Below the pieces are notes generated by a model. The model was given only the letters and a program-made list of their open reading frames with translations. It made no database searches and was not told the origin of the DNA. A stretch of 64,000 nt of DNA from Octopus sinensis (lineage: Eukaryota), in assembly GCF_006345805.1 (NCBI RefSeq), contig NC_043000.1:89900001-89964000 (forward strand), given 5' to 3'. Within the stretch, counting starts at the first letter, position 1. Every line of letters starts with the position of its first letter. The translations under genes were made by a program, and so were the position numbers. Positions 51,520 through 64,000 of this stretch are shown here, one piece after another.

Positions 51520-52530
51520 AATCCGTGTGTTTCTTAAATGGCTTACAAACACCTTCCACGCTGCAATTGTTTTCGTTTCAGCACACGATCTCAGATCAAA
51601 TCACTAGCTATGCAAGTACATCTCCGTAATATAAGTTTTATTTTAGTTTTGTTCAACACTCAAATTTATTTTCATCACATTTTATTTAGCAATGGAAAGT
51701 ATGGTTTGGAGAATAATTCACTTTCTTTTAATATTAAACAGAGATAGCAGGTATGGTAGTGGGGTTAAGAAGTTCAATTCCTAACCACATAGTTTCAAGT
51801 TAAGTTCCACAAGACAACTTGCACAGGTGTCTTCCAATATAGCTCAAGGTTGACCAAAGCTTTGCAAGTGGATTCAGTAGAGAGAAACTGAAAGAAGCTT
51901 GTCATGTATGTGTGTGAGTGTATGCATATGTATGTATGTATGTATGTATCTGTTATAAGCAACAGAAGCATTATTAGATTAAAATAGCCATCAATGTATC
52001 ATACGTAATGTAAATACATCATGAATGGTAAATTTACTATGGTAATCATCCAGAGAACATGTATTGGAGGCAGATGAAAATTATCCTAACTGGGCAGCCA
52101 TTTGCAACATCAGTGATCATTTATTCACTGTTTTCCTATATATCGGTGGTGACAAATTTTGTCTAGGCAAGCAGCTACATTAACATTCAAGTACATGCTA
52201 TTGACAATGCCCAACAAAGCAGAAATGCATCTACCGTTTACACTCACTGCTTCAGCTGGGATGAAGTTAACCTCAACAGAATTTAAACTCGAAACCTAAT
52301 AACATAAAACAAAATACTATAAGATAATTGATTGTTACTCTACCGATTCTGCCACAGTTGATGACAACAATGATGATATAAATGTTGTAGAGAAAAAAAA
52401 CCTTAAGTTATAAACAACATTGTGCTTATTGAAGAATATATCTTTGGATTTGATTATGCCATATTCCTGGCAATATCATCTGCCAATTTCCTCCAAGCTT
52501 TCTACTGTAAACAACAAGCAGTCAACTTAC

Positions 52531-52579
52531 CACCTGATTTAAAATATCTTCCAATTCTTCTTCTTCAGGATTCTTGGAA
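52531..52579 (-). CDS. CUL1: CUL1-like exon 8/17: (S)SKNPEEEELEDILNQV
   Basis: 49 nt, phase 2-0; acceptor ttttccAG, donor GTaag. Confidence 0.93.
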
Positions 52580-52619
52580 CTGGAAAATAACATGAAACAT
52601 TATACAAGCTGATGTTTGA

Positions 52620-53580
52620 TTGATATCTACCCCTCATCCTTAATACTGTCTTCTCCACTCACATTTTACATAGACCCCTTCACTTCTGAACCACCAAATC
52701 ATCCCACCTTGCCCATCACCATACATCTCTCACACTCCCCCATGCTCTATGCTTGGCTCTCTCTTCCTCTCCCACATTCTTGCTATCTAACAAACTACTC
52801 ATCATCTCTCTCTCTTTCTTCATCATTACTATTCTGCCACCCTTCACTCCCATACATCAATGGTTACACTCCACCCCTTATCCACCATCACTACATCTAC
52901 CACTCCCAACCCTATCCAACTTACAGTTCCCCTACATATTATTCATGCAACTTATTCTTCATTCATTCTATTTACTACTATGCCTGTTTCTGCCTCTCTG
53001 TCTCACACTAACCTTTCATCATCTGACACATGATCACCTCCTCCAATGACCCCCTCCCCTCTCAAAAATTCCTTGTCTTGCAAGTTACTTGGTGACCCTG
53101 CCAGTGCTGGTACCATGTAAAAAATATCCAGTCCACACTGTGAAGTGGTTGGCATCTGGAAGGGTAGCCCATGCCAAAACTGACCTTATCTGTGCTGATG
53201 CCACATAAAAAGCACTCATGCCACTCTGTGGAGTGGTTAGTGTTAGGAAGGGCATCCACCTGTAAAAACTATGCCAAAATAGACACAGGAGCATGGTGTA
53301 GTCTTCTACCTGGCTGGCTCCTGTCAAACCCATGCCAGCATGAAAGGCAGACGTTAAATGATGATGATGACCTCACCCATTCCCTGTCTCTCACTCTCAT
53401 ACACTCTCCCCCCTCCACATTCCCACTTTGCTTTCCCTCATACCTTGAGGGTCCACACAGACATCTCACTACCACTATTTTTTATCTCTTTGCTCTGCCA
53501 TCCCAATCAACCCCACCATCTCTTCTAAAATGTGAGTAGACACATGGTCTCACTACAATAAGAAACCTGTTCATAAGTCT
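52620..53580 (+). repeat. Unclassified pyrimidine-rich dispersed repeat (family G), split by an RTE-3' insertion
   Basis: Shared blocks gaaccaccaaat, catcattactat, ctcttgcaac..cacccacct.cact and accttgagggtc with ~59960-60450(+) and ~54340-54860(-). Confidence 0.6.
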
Positions 53581-55657
53581 GTTTTTCCATGGTAGAATGG
53601 GTTTGACAGGGAGGATTTTTATGGCAAGAGGTTCTCTCACCAATCCTTACTTTTCAAGTAAGAAATTTTTTTTTTTGTTGCCAGGGTCATGTAAATGGCA
53701 CCTGTGAAATCATAATCATGGCTGTTACCGGTGTCATGTCATGTGCTGGTGGCATATAAAAAGCACCCATTACACTCTTGAAGTGGTTGGCACTAGGAAG
53801 GACATCCAGCCATAGAAACCATGCCAAATCAGGCTGGAATCTGGTGAAGCTCTCCGGCTTACCAATTCCAGTCAAACCATTTAACCCCTGCCAGCATGGA
53901 AAGCGGACGTTAAATGATGATCATCATCATCATCAACATCATTTAAAGCACAGAGCAACTAGCTAGAATGTCAACAGAAAAAGCCAACATCATCACCAAT
54001 GCACACAGGCAGTGACAAAGACAGAATATCAAGACACACACATATGTATACAATACAAGCTTCTTACAGTTTCTGTCTACCAAATTCACTCACAAGGCAT
54101 TGGTCAACGTGGAGAGCTATATCATCATTGTCATTATCATTTAATGTCCATATTCCATGCTGGCACAGTTTGGACAGTTTGAAAGGATCTAATGGGTCAC
54201 AGAACTGCACTGTGTTCCAATGACTTTTAAAATGGTTTCCAACATTTGGATACCCTTTTTAATACCAACCACTTTATAGTGTGTACTAAGTACTTTTTAC
54301 ATGCCATTAGAACTAGTGAGGTCACCCTGCAGCTTGCACAATTACAGAACCTGGAGTGCAGAGGGAGGGGCTTTATATGATGAGATGTTTAAGTGTGAAA
54401 GGGAAGGGTGAGGAGGTTCTTGTAGAGGAGCTAAGTGGTTACATTTAGGAGAGAGGGAGTAAGAATTATTAGTAGGAGCTTCAAGTCCCAGTGGCTACTC
54501 AAGTGAGAAGCGTATTGGGACAGAGGAACTAGGAGTGCAGGTGGGTGAGGGGTTGCAAGAGCATCTGAGGGATGCAAGAGATGGGGAATGGAAGGATTGG
54601 GTAAGATTAAAGGGTGGATGTAGGGAGAGACAGATGACCAAGGATGGAAGAGTTGCGGAAGGGGAAATAAAAGAGAATAGAGAAGAGTGGCAATATAGTA
54701 ACAGTGATAGTAATGATGATACAGTTTACAGACAAGAGAAAGATATGTAGTTGGATAGGCTATTTTAGAGTGCGGGTAGAGGGGAGATAAGGCAAGTATA
54801 GTGCATGAAGGGAGATAATTTGGTGGTTCTGGAGAGGGATGATCACTGCAACATGTAGGAAGAACAATAATTAACACTATGTAACAATTTTTGTCCTAGG
54901 GTAGCAACTGTTATTTCCTATTTGCTTATCCCTAGAAAGTATGAAAATTTACTATTTCCTTCAAACTTTGCTTTTCTTATATATAATTCAAACCCTAAAG
55001 AATCCCTCTCAACACATGACTATGATGCTCCCCAACTACTACTGCTGCTCAAGATCAGAGATGTACATATTGTCAGCCACTATGCTCAAGTGGTTAAGAT
55101 GAAGCAAATGACAAGCAAATCTATGGTACTCAGCAGATTATTTGTTATTACGTTATTTTTGCTTCAGCAACTCTGCACTATATGTAATGGAAAATAGTTC
55201 ACTTTCCAAACATTGATATCCAGGTCATAAAAGCAAAGCTTGAAGGGAATAGCAGTTGTTTCCTTTGATTTCCAGATAGAAGCAAATAGGAAATAACACT
55301 TACTGACCAAAGACAAAAAAAAAATTTTAATTTTGTTACACAGTGTAATCAATGACAAGTAAAATGGATCAAGGTAGCAAGAAAACTAGGACTGCCTCAA
55401 GGGAAATGGAGAGTCAGAGTAAGAGAGATGATGGATGGGGGGAGCTGTTCAAAGGAGACGATTTGGCAGGCTGACAATTACTTGTGGTGCCACACGGTGG
55501 GACTGAAACCAAAACCATGCGATTCCAAAGAAAACTTCTCAACCACACAGCCATTCCTAGACTTATTGGTTGAAACTCTCACAGAAAAAATTTATGATAG
55601 TAATATTTAAAGGAAAATCTGAAAATAGTATTTGATTCAGAAAGCAATAAATGTTAC

Positions 55658-55761
55658 CTTTTCTTCAGTAGAAGATCACAGTATCTGGCCAAAAGTTCAG
55701 GGGATTTCTTGGAATTTTCTTTCTTCGTAACGTAATTATCATTAATGAATTTACCACAAGC
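55658..55761 (-). CDS. CUL1: CUL1-like exon 7/17: [34 protein letters not shown](S)
   Basis: 104 nt, phase 0-2; acceptor ttcccAG, donor GTaac; [10 protein letters not shown] motif. Confidence 0.95.
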
Positions 55762-56718
55762 CTGGGAATTACAAGACAAGAATAGAAAATGGTTCAGAAT
55801 CAATAAACAAGTGTAAAGAAGAAATTAGAAATCAATAGTGTCTGCAGACTAGCAGCCAATAATTCAATAAAAGCATCATCCACAGACCATAGAATTTCTC
55901 AACAATGCCAATCTGAACGGAAGATTTTTCCACAATTATATGAAGAATTCAATAAACAGAACAAATGTAAAACCAGCCCATAGCAACCAGAGACAAAAAC
56001 AAAAAATGGGTTCTGTATGCATTTAAGTAAAAGTTCTGTGATCTGCTCTGTGTTTCGCTGTTTAGTTTGGCCGTCCTAAACTTACTTGGAAAGGACTGTG
56101 AAACCATCTGGTTGTAAAGCAAACTTCTAACTCCACAGCCATGCTTGGGCCTATGTGCGTGTGAATATGTGTAAAGGTGAATATGTTTGCAGGCATATAC
56201 ATATTCATTCCCTTGATTTTGCAATATCAAAAGAAATCAAAAATGGACAGAACGTTTCATAACCATTAATCATAAGGTTGAAACAGTATTCATCATCATC
56301 ATCATCATAGTTTTAATGTCTACTTTAACATGCTAGAATGGGTGAAACAGAGTTGATTGAGGTAGATTTTACAACTGGGTGCACTTCTTGTCACCAACAT
56401 TCACTTGTTTTCAAACAAGGCAATATTTCCCTATGACCAGACATGTCTTTCATAGAAGATTGGAAATGAACAACATCACTAGTAATTACTATCATCACAT
56501 GATGTCAACACAAAGATACACACACACACACACACACACATATAGCAGGTTTCTTTCACATCCCATCTACCAAATCCACTCATATGGTTTTGGTGGGAAC
56601 ATGACTATAGTAGAAATGCCTGCCTAAGGTGTGTTAAAGAGGAGCTGAGCTTGAAACCACACGACTGAGAAGCAAAACAAAAAAAGGTTTTAAAACACCA
56701 TCCCCTTTTAAAACTTAC

Positions 56719-56826
56719 CTTATCTAGAGCAGCAACAAAGCCAGAGTCATTGTTGAAAGCCTCACTAACTAACTTGTTGTATTTTACATGAACATTAAGA
56801 ATAGTCTGTACATAGGTCTTGGGGTC
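56719..56826 (-). CDS. CUL1: CUL1-like exon 6/17: [36 protein letters not shown]
   Basis: 108 nt, phase 0-0; acceptor tttttcAG, donor GTaag. Confidence 0.95.
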
Positions 56827-57332
56827 CTGAAAAATAAATGAAAATAAATATTTTAAAAAATAAATAAAATTATCTCATTATAGAGTATATCATCATATGA
56901 TACATGTAATAGTGCTATAATGTAATATTCTATAATAGTGCTTAGACCTTACACACACACACACAGTTTACTTTAGTTTGCAGTAATTCAAAATACAAGC
57001 ACCCTTTACAGAAGGATGATGCTACCTTGAGTAATCTTTATTAAGTATAAGGAAGTTAGAGTGAAGTGGATAATATACTATTTACTCAAGGGTAATGAGT
57101 TCAAATTGACTGCTACCATTCCATTATGTTTCTGACCAGAACTCTATTTCTACAACCTCACTTCACTTGGTTGCCAGGAATTTCTTTATAATAGTAATAG
57201 CCAACAGAAATGTTGGTTGGTTGATATCTCCAGTCATGTTTTACACTGCATAGAGAGAGGGAGTAAAGGAGAGATGCACATACAAGGCTTGGTGGTAGGC
57301 AATGACTAAAGAACACACACACACACACACAC

Positions 57333-57370
<38 letters not shown>

Positions 57371-58099
57371 GAGAAAAAATTATAGAAACAGAGGAGGAAG
57401 AGAGAGAGTAAATGACAGAGTAATTATGGGAGAAGTCATAGAAATGAGAAATTTGCTTAATTTACTTTAAGGTAATAAATATTTTTCCTTTGAAGGTTAA
57501 TATTTATATGTGCCTGTGATGGCACATGGCTTAGTGGTTAAGATATTTGGCTCACGATTGTAAGATTGTGAGTTCCATTCTTGGCAGTGCATGGTATCCT
57601 TGAGCAAGACATTTTATTTCATATTGCTCCAGGCTCTTAATTCAAAGGGCCAGTCTTGTCACATTCTGTGTTCCGCTGAATCTCTCTCAGAATTACATTA
57701 AGGGTATGCGTCTGTGGAGTGCTCAGCCATTTGCACATTAATTTCACAAGCAGCATGTTCCCATTGATAGGATCAACTGGAACCTTCATTGTCATACCCA
57801 ATAGAGTACCAGTTCATGCATCTGTGTGTGAGTTTATGTACATATATCAGCATCTGATGGCACCAGGCGATTTATCAAGTAAAAATACCATGCAGTATTC
57901 GGTTACTTCCCTTCCGACCGATGTCAATTTGCCTTGTCAATCACAAATCAATAAAGCACAAACAATTGATCAGAGACCCTTCAAGATACTGACTAAGCAT
58001 GCTCCTCCCCACCCTTTGTCCAATGCCTGAAAAAAAAACAGCAGAATATATGATAAAGTCTGCTACAAAATAATAATGATAAAGCAGCCTAACACTTAC

Positions 58100-58230
58100 A
58101 TTCACAGCCATTTCTCCACATTTCTCAATTGCAGCAAGACCTTGGTTGTAGATATGATTCTTTAAAAAAATACGTAATTCTCCTAGGCCATCCTTTATTC
58201 GGGATACCAACTGATACATTCGTCTTAAAT
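58100..58230 (-). CDS. CUL1: CUL1-like exon 5/17: (D)[43 protein letters not shown]
   Basis: 131 nt, phase 1-0; acceptor catttcAG, donor GTaag. Confidence 0.95.
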
Positions 58231-58807
58231 CTGAAATGAATGAGCAAAACTATTTTGAACAACAGTTAATTCAGTTTGTAGATAATATACAGGCATGCTT
58301 AAGAAGTTCACTTTGCAGCTACTTGGTTTAGTGTTCAGTCTCACTGCACAACAGCTTGACCAAACCCTCAGCTGACCAACATTTTGTGAATTAATTTGGT
58401 AAATAGAAATGGATTAGATACCCATCATGTGTATGCCTTTTTAATAGAATTTGTGATTATTTATATTCCAAACACCAAATTAATAATTACAAAGTTATTT
58501 TACTAAATTCTTCATTATTTTTCAAAATGAAGTGAAAGGAAGGTGAAGTATTACAGCAGAAATATGCCAACAAATGCATTGAACATACCATCATCAGAAG
58601 CACCCAAAGAGAGGGGAGAAAATAAACCTAAAAATCAAAAGAACCACCACCACTTATTATTTAACAATATTCTAGTTCACTCACAAAAAAATAAAAGTTA
58701 CACATTTCTACCAAAACCCCTTTTGAGAAGCATTCTCTCATTTGCTGGGTTAAATAAGATTAATTAAATATTGATGAATTCAGGTAGAATTACATGTTGG
58801 GACTTAC

Positions 58808-58970
58808 CTTCATTCTTGTCATCCTTTAACAAATTTTGGAACTCAATGTGAAAGAGGTCAATGTGATTTTCTATCAATGTTTTCTCACACATATATGATA
58901 AAGCATTTAGTGTAGTTAAATGAAGATAAAGTTGAACACGGTTATGTTCTTCTGTAAGTCTGGTCTCAGC
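58808..58970 (-). CDS. CUL1: CUL1-like exon 4/17: AETRLTEEHNRVQLYLHLTTLNALSYMCEKTLIENHIDLFHIEFQNLLKDDKNE(D)
   Basis: 163 nt, phase 0-1; acceptor catttcAG, donor GTaag. Confidence 0.93.
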
Positions 58971-59184
58971 CTGAAATGAAATATAATATTAAATGCATTA
59001 AAAAATATGAAGATAAAGAAATTACGATTATTATCTTCTCATTACTTAGATAACCAAGGAATCACTAAGAAGTAATTTATTTCTTAGTAAGCCCAAAGTA
59101 TAAGATTCCCTATTTTAGTTCTATTTGAACAAAAACAAATCTGAGATGTTGGATTTTTTACTCACCCAGCCTGCAGAAAATTAA

Positions 59185-59612
59185 CTCTTTTGATATCAAT
59201 CTACTCAACACCAACAATGCTTCTATGATACAAAGTTCCTGTTTTAATATTTTAGGATTTAAACCAACCATTTTCAACCCAAATACACTACCTGTTTTAT
59301 GTTAACAACAACTAGATCTTGGCCTTTCACACCTACCCTACAAAGTCTTACTAAAAATAATTATATCATTGAAATCTCAAAGTTACAAAACAATGCAGGA
59401 TTAATTCAAAACAATGTGAATATACTTGACAAAGTAATCTGAATACTAAAAAGTAAGTGATTCTAAATGAAAACCTCCCATAAAAATTCCATGTTAATTT
59501 ATGTTACAAACACTAGCTTAATAATGACTGAATTAATAATTAAATCCCTTGTATTTTCAAAATTTATTGAAACAAAGGCAGCATCTTTCAATAGAAGTAT
59601 GGTAACAAAAGG
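59185..59612. mobile_element. piggyBac-like MITE family 2 with a nested family-1 fragment
   Basis: TTAA-CTCTTTTGATATC ... GGTAACAAAAGG-TTTA. Related ends at ~43940, ~50065 and ~38885. A family-1 interior occupies ~59290-59455. Confidence 0.6.
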
Positions 59613-59705
59613 TTTATAAACACTACTTTTATCTAAAAAAAACTTTTATTGATTAGGTTTTGCCAATACAGACAACAAAAAGTTCATTTGGATTGCGGAT
59701 CTTAC

Positions 59706-59869
59706 CTTCTTCATATATTCAGTTATAGGATTCTGCTCCAAGAACGTTTTACTTTCTCTTGTATAAAATTCTTTAGTGTCTTCTATGAAAGGTGTTTCAA
59801 AGTTTTCTTTATATACATCTAGAGCTGGTCCCTTAATTGAGGAATCTTCTTCACTTAGACCAAGAGCAA
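59706..59869 (-). CDS. CUL1: CUL1-like exon 3/17: (V)ALGLSEEDSSIKGPALDVYKENFETPFIEDTKEFYTRESKTFLEQNPITEYMKK
   Basis: 164 nt, phase 1-0; acceptor tgtttAG, donor GTaag; overlaps ORF-track 59646..59888. Confidence 0.95.
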
Positions 59870-61340
59870 CTAAACAAGAAAACATCATTTGTGAAAATAA
59901 GGTGTCAACATTCAGATATCAACCAAAAGGATAATCATAGCCACTCGAGCTACCAGAGAAAGAATTAATTTATCCAACCATGTCATCTCTATCATCCTTC
60001 TCCTCTCTACTGTATCATTGCTACTCTGCTGCTCTCCACACCCCTTATTTTCTGCGCTGTCAGTCATCTCCTATTCTCCCAATTCATGTATCATTGACTC
60101 TCACCTACCCTTTATCCAAACTTCAAATCTATCCAATCCTTACAGTTTTTGCCTACCTTCCCTCACCCATCTCATCTCCTACACTCCCATACACTCTTGC
60201 AACTTCCACCCACCTACACTTCTGTAATCTCTTCTAAGTTCCCATTTTTATTTACATTGCACCTTGAGGGTCAACCCAGACACATCGTTGTTTTTATCTC
60301 TTTCCACCGTCACCCAATCACTCCTACCCTCTCTACTACAATGTGAGTAACCATGTACTTTCACTACAGTAAGAAACCTGTACTGCTCTGGTTCTATCTC
60401 TTCCAGCATAAAGCCTCTCCACCATACAGAACTTAATCTTGCAAACTGCATGGCACCACACTAGAGCTGTAAAATGGTTAGCATTAGGAAGAACATGATG
60501 CAGTCCTTGAGCCTATCATATTTTTTCAAACTAGATAAGCCATGCTAGCATGGAACATGGACATTAAGTAACTATGATGATAACATTTGCAAATTTATGT
60601 GAGTAATAAAACATATACAGTTGGAGGGAAATTTCAACTGTAAACCTTTTCAATACAAAAGGGTTCATAATTCCAGTGATACAAACAGCTAGCATATTCT
60701 TATAAAAACAATCTCAAAAAGGGATTAAAACATTAATTCTCAAACTTTTCCTGTCACGGCCTAAACTAAAACATGAAAATTCCAAAACTTCTTTGCCAAT
60801 ATTTTTCATTGTGATATACAGGAAAGAAACAAAGAACAATTTAACATTTTATACGTGTTGGATTGTCATTTTTTGGTTTTTTGCATTTATTTTTGTTACT
60901 GGTTTGTTCTCTTTCTGGCTTTTCTATTAACTCTACTACAATGGCCTCACTGCTCCTTGGAGTTGGTTGCCCATGTGTCACCCGTTCTCATATTCCTGAT
61001 TCATTCGTCTTTCCTTCTTTCATCACCCATGTTGTGTCCAACTTCCTAAGCCCTTTACTAACCGCCTATATCTTTTCTCCTCTAAAACATCAGCCCTCTA
61101 GAATCTCCACCCTGTTCATTACATTCCTGTAGGTGTCAACTTGCAACACTAAGTGGAACATTAATAGCCTCAATCTCACAGGTCTTGGAAGACCTGCAAA
61201 GACCAAAAGGAACAGTCCCTCCCTTCAAACCCACAAATGAAAAGAAGAAAATTTTACCCACTACAACATAGTGACACTTTTAAATCCAAATAGTAAAAGT
61301 AGAATATGTAATTAAAACAAGCACAAAAAAAAAATCTTAC

Positions 61341-61482
61341 CATAACAATTAATAACTCCACTAATCAAACCAGTATTGATTGTCTCCCCTTGCCGTTCTT
61401 GTTTTATTAGTTTAAGAACAGCGTCAGTTACCTGCTTATTCAGAGGGCGAAATAAATTGTCCCGCCAAGTGATCAAAGCTAA
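61341..61482 (-). CDS. CUL1: CUL1-like exon 2/17: [47 protein letters not shown](V)
   Basis: 142 nt, phase 0-1; acceptor ttttgcAG, donor GTaag. Confidence 0.95.
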
Positions 61483-61903
61483 CTGCAAAATTGAAAGAGA
61501 AAAACAGATATCAAAAACATCTATATCAACCTGACATGTACCATGAGTAAAAACTCAGGGTAGGCAGTAGGCAAGGAACATCGTGAACAAAACAGCTTAA
61601 CCGTAACAATAGACAATAACAAATAAAAATAATAATTACACATACACATAATAGTAATAATTCTTTCTACAACAAGTACAAAGCCTGGAGTTTGGGGAGA
61701 GGAGGTAAGTCGATTACATCGACCCTGGTGCTTGACTGGTATTTATTTTATTGACACCAAAAGGATGGGAAGCAAAGTCAAGCACAGCAGCATTCAGGAC
61801 ATAAAACCAGAAGAAATGCCACTTAGCATTTTGTCTGGTTTTGCCAGCTTGCTGCTTTTAATAATACCAATAATAATTGCACACACTTTATATATATATA
61901 TAT

Positions 61904-61946
61904 CCCACGACCACAAGTCTGCTGCCCTAACCACTGGTCCATTGCA

Positions 61947-62011
<65 letters not shown>

Positions 62012-62546
62012 AGGTGCAATAGACCAGTGGTTAGGGCAGCAGACTTGGGGTCGTGGGACTCGTGGTCAAGAAAGAGTACAGCAGGGTTCGCCACCACTCT
62101 CTGCTGGAGCCTTGAGGAGCTTTAGGTGTTCTCTCTCAATAAACTCAATAAACACTCACAATGCTCGGTCTGGGAATCGAAACCGTGATCCCACGACCAC
62201 GAGTCTGCTACTCTAACCACTTGTCCATTGCACCTCCACATGTGTGTGTGTGTGGAGGTGCAATGGACCAGTGGTTAGGTCGTGGTATCAAGGTTTCGAT
62301 TGCCAGACCAAGCATTGTGTCTATTGAGTGAAAACACCTAAAGATCCACAAGCCTCCAGCAGGGAGTGGTCGCAAACCCTGCTGTACTCTTTCACAACTT
62401 TCTCTCACTCTCTATTCCTGTTTCTGTTGTACCTGTATTTCAAAGTGCCAGCCTGGTCACACACTGTGTCATGCTGTGCTCAGTGAGCAGGCTGTTCCGT
62501 TGATCGGATCAAATGAAACTCTTGTCATCATAACCGACAGAGTGCC

Positions 62547-62548
<2 letters not shown>
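61904..62548. mobile_element. Cluster of four SINE family E copies/heads in alternating orientation
   Basis: tggaggtgcaatggaccagtggttagg heads: minus ending 61949, plus from 62009, minus ~62066-62238, plus 62253-62548. Confidence 0.85.
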
Positions 62549-62587
<39 letters not shown>

Positions 62588-62756
62588 ATATTTAACAGAA
62601 GCAACAGAGTTGTGGATTTATATAGCTGGTGAGAAATCACTTTTCATCACCAGATATATAAATCAACAACTCTGCTGCTTCTGCTAAATATTAATAAAAA
62701 CACACCTACACTTATATTTTGAGTTCCAGTTTTCCTGTTTGCATCACAATATATAC

Positions 62757-62787
<31 letters not shown>

Positions 62788-63159
62788 GGATTTACTGAGA
62801 CATGAACACTAAAATCTTATAGAGTAAGAACAAGTTAGAAAGCATTTGCTTTAATTGTGTGCTCAAAGCACAGCTGGACAAGACCCTGTTTGCCAATAGC
62901 ACTGTCCTACCTGCACTCACACACTTGTGAGACTACTTTGAAGAAGGAAGAACAATGACTGGATATAATATAAAGAGTAGTGGAAGGATCCATGCTAGGA
63001 ATACTTTGTTGGTACACATCTGAAACAAGATAATTTGAGTGGAGTGAAGTGAAAGAGGAGATCATGAAATACTGAAAGCACAAGTTCTGCTGAGAACATA
63101 TTGCAAGGTTCATAAAGAGGTGGACTTATGGGGTTGTTATATGGCCTTGTGCTACATTT

Positions 63160-63582
63160 TCAGACCACATGTATTTTATTTACATGCGGTTTATTTTGAG
63201 GCCCACTGTTGAACTCTGTAACTCTTGTTGGTATGTTTTGCAGCTGATCTGAGGTTCCTGCAATGAGCAAGACATCATCTGAAAATTGGAGGTGCACAAG
63301 TAGTTCACCATTGATATTAATGCCACCTTCCCTATCAATGTCGCTAATGACCATTTCAAGACTTGCAGTTAAGACCTTTGGAAAGATAACATCTCCTTGT
63401 TTGATGCCATTCCAGACCAGAACTCTTACAGGTAGTGACAGTGGAGTTATATTATGGACACATGTTGATTTTGCCCCACTGAGAACTTTGATGTATTGTA
63501 CCTCAACTCATTGTACTTCCTGAGACTTCAGTACAGCTTTCACCTCATAACTATCAAAAGTCTTATCATAATCTACAAAGGG
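63160..63582 (-). mobile_element. RTE-clade LINE reverse transcriptase fragment (pseudogenised) in CUL1 intron
   Basis: FVDYDKTFDS...AVLK, GIKQGDVIFPKVLTASLE, GININGELLVHLQFSDDVLLIA (FADD-type catalytic motif); stops and frameshifts present. Confidence 0.85.
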
Positions 63583-63650
63583 TTCCTTTCTGAGTACAAA
63601 AGAAAATACAAAGTACAATGAAAAATAGATTAAATCCGTTTTCAACTTAC

Positions 63651-63818
63651 TGAGTAAATTTCATAGATGCCTTTTGTTCCCTCATCACACTCTCGTCGTA
63701 CCCAATGTCTATTTAGATATGCACACACACCATTGAGAACTTTACTAGAAAATTGATAATCTTCCCACTGTTTGGTATAAAATCGTAAAACATTTTCTTC
63801 AAGAAGAGATGTACTATC
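63651..63818 (-). CDS. CUL1: CUL1-like exon 1/17 in window: [56 protein letters not shown]
   Basis: 168 nt, phase 0-0; acceptor tctctttcccAG, donor GTaag; cullin repeat 1 motif YLNRHWV. Confidence 0.95.
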
Positions 63819-64000
63819 CTGGGAAAGAGAAAAAGATTTGCATTATTAACATAATTTGTTTTGATTTTTAAAACGAACTTAATTTCAGATAACAGGCAAA
63901 TATTTTCTTTATCTTAACCATTTATTGAATAAATACTTTAATCCTTTTAATGCCAACCCATTTGAGACCACACCTGGTTCTAAGATAGAAACGTCCTGTT

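Noticed and set aside
51420-51537. Alternative reading of the TTAA-GAAACACAC...GTGTGTTTC-TTAA flanks as a piggyBac MITE
   Set aside because: Termini lack the CCC/CAC start seen in the real piggyBac-like MITEs here; better explained as an extended helix I, though not excluded

Overview
AT-rich, microsatellite-dense animal genomic DNA. The SINE, MITE and microsatellite landscape resembles an octopod cephalopod; this is an inference from repeat recognition, not a search result. The right half (32471-63818, minus strand) holds the last 17 coding exons of a Cullin-1-like gene. I assembled them by hand: all have GT-AG junctions with matching phases, 2001 nt in total (666 aa + TAG), and the 5' end lies beyond the window. 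The left 30 kb contains no recognisable host gene. It is a mosaic of tRNA-derived SINEs, MITEs, microsatellites, local duplications and two decayed Penelope-like elements (PLEs), each with an inverted terminal copy. The main hunt result is a dense set of hammerhead-ribozyme (HHR) motifs of the PLE minimal type-I kind. Most lie in long inverted repeats that look like ORF-less, palindromic versions of the PLE architecture. They include a near-intact canonical HHR (18046-18100), a U4C variant (16004-16038), a long-stem-II form (13043-13154), and a complete HHR with a compensatory G3-C8 core swap in sense orientation inside a CUL1 intron (51469-51519). Most ORF-track entries are microsatellite or SINE artefacts. 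Repeat boundaries are approximate unless TSDs are quoted; exon and HHR coordinates were counted base by base.
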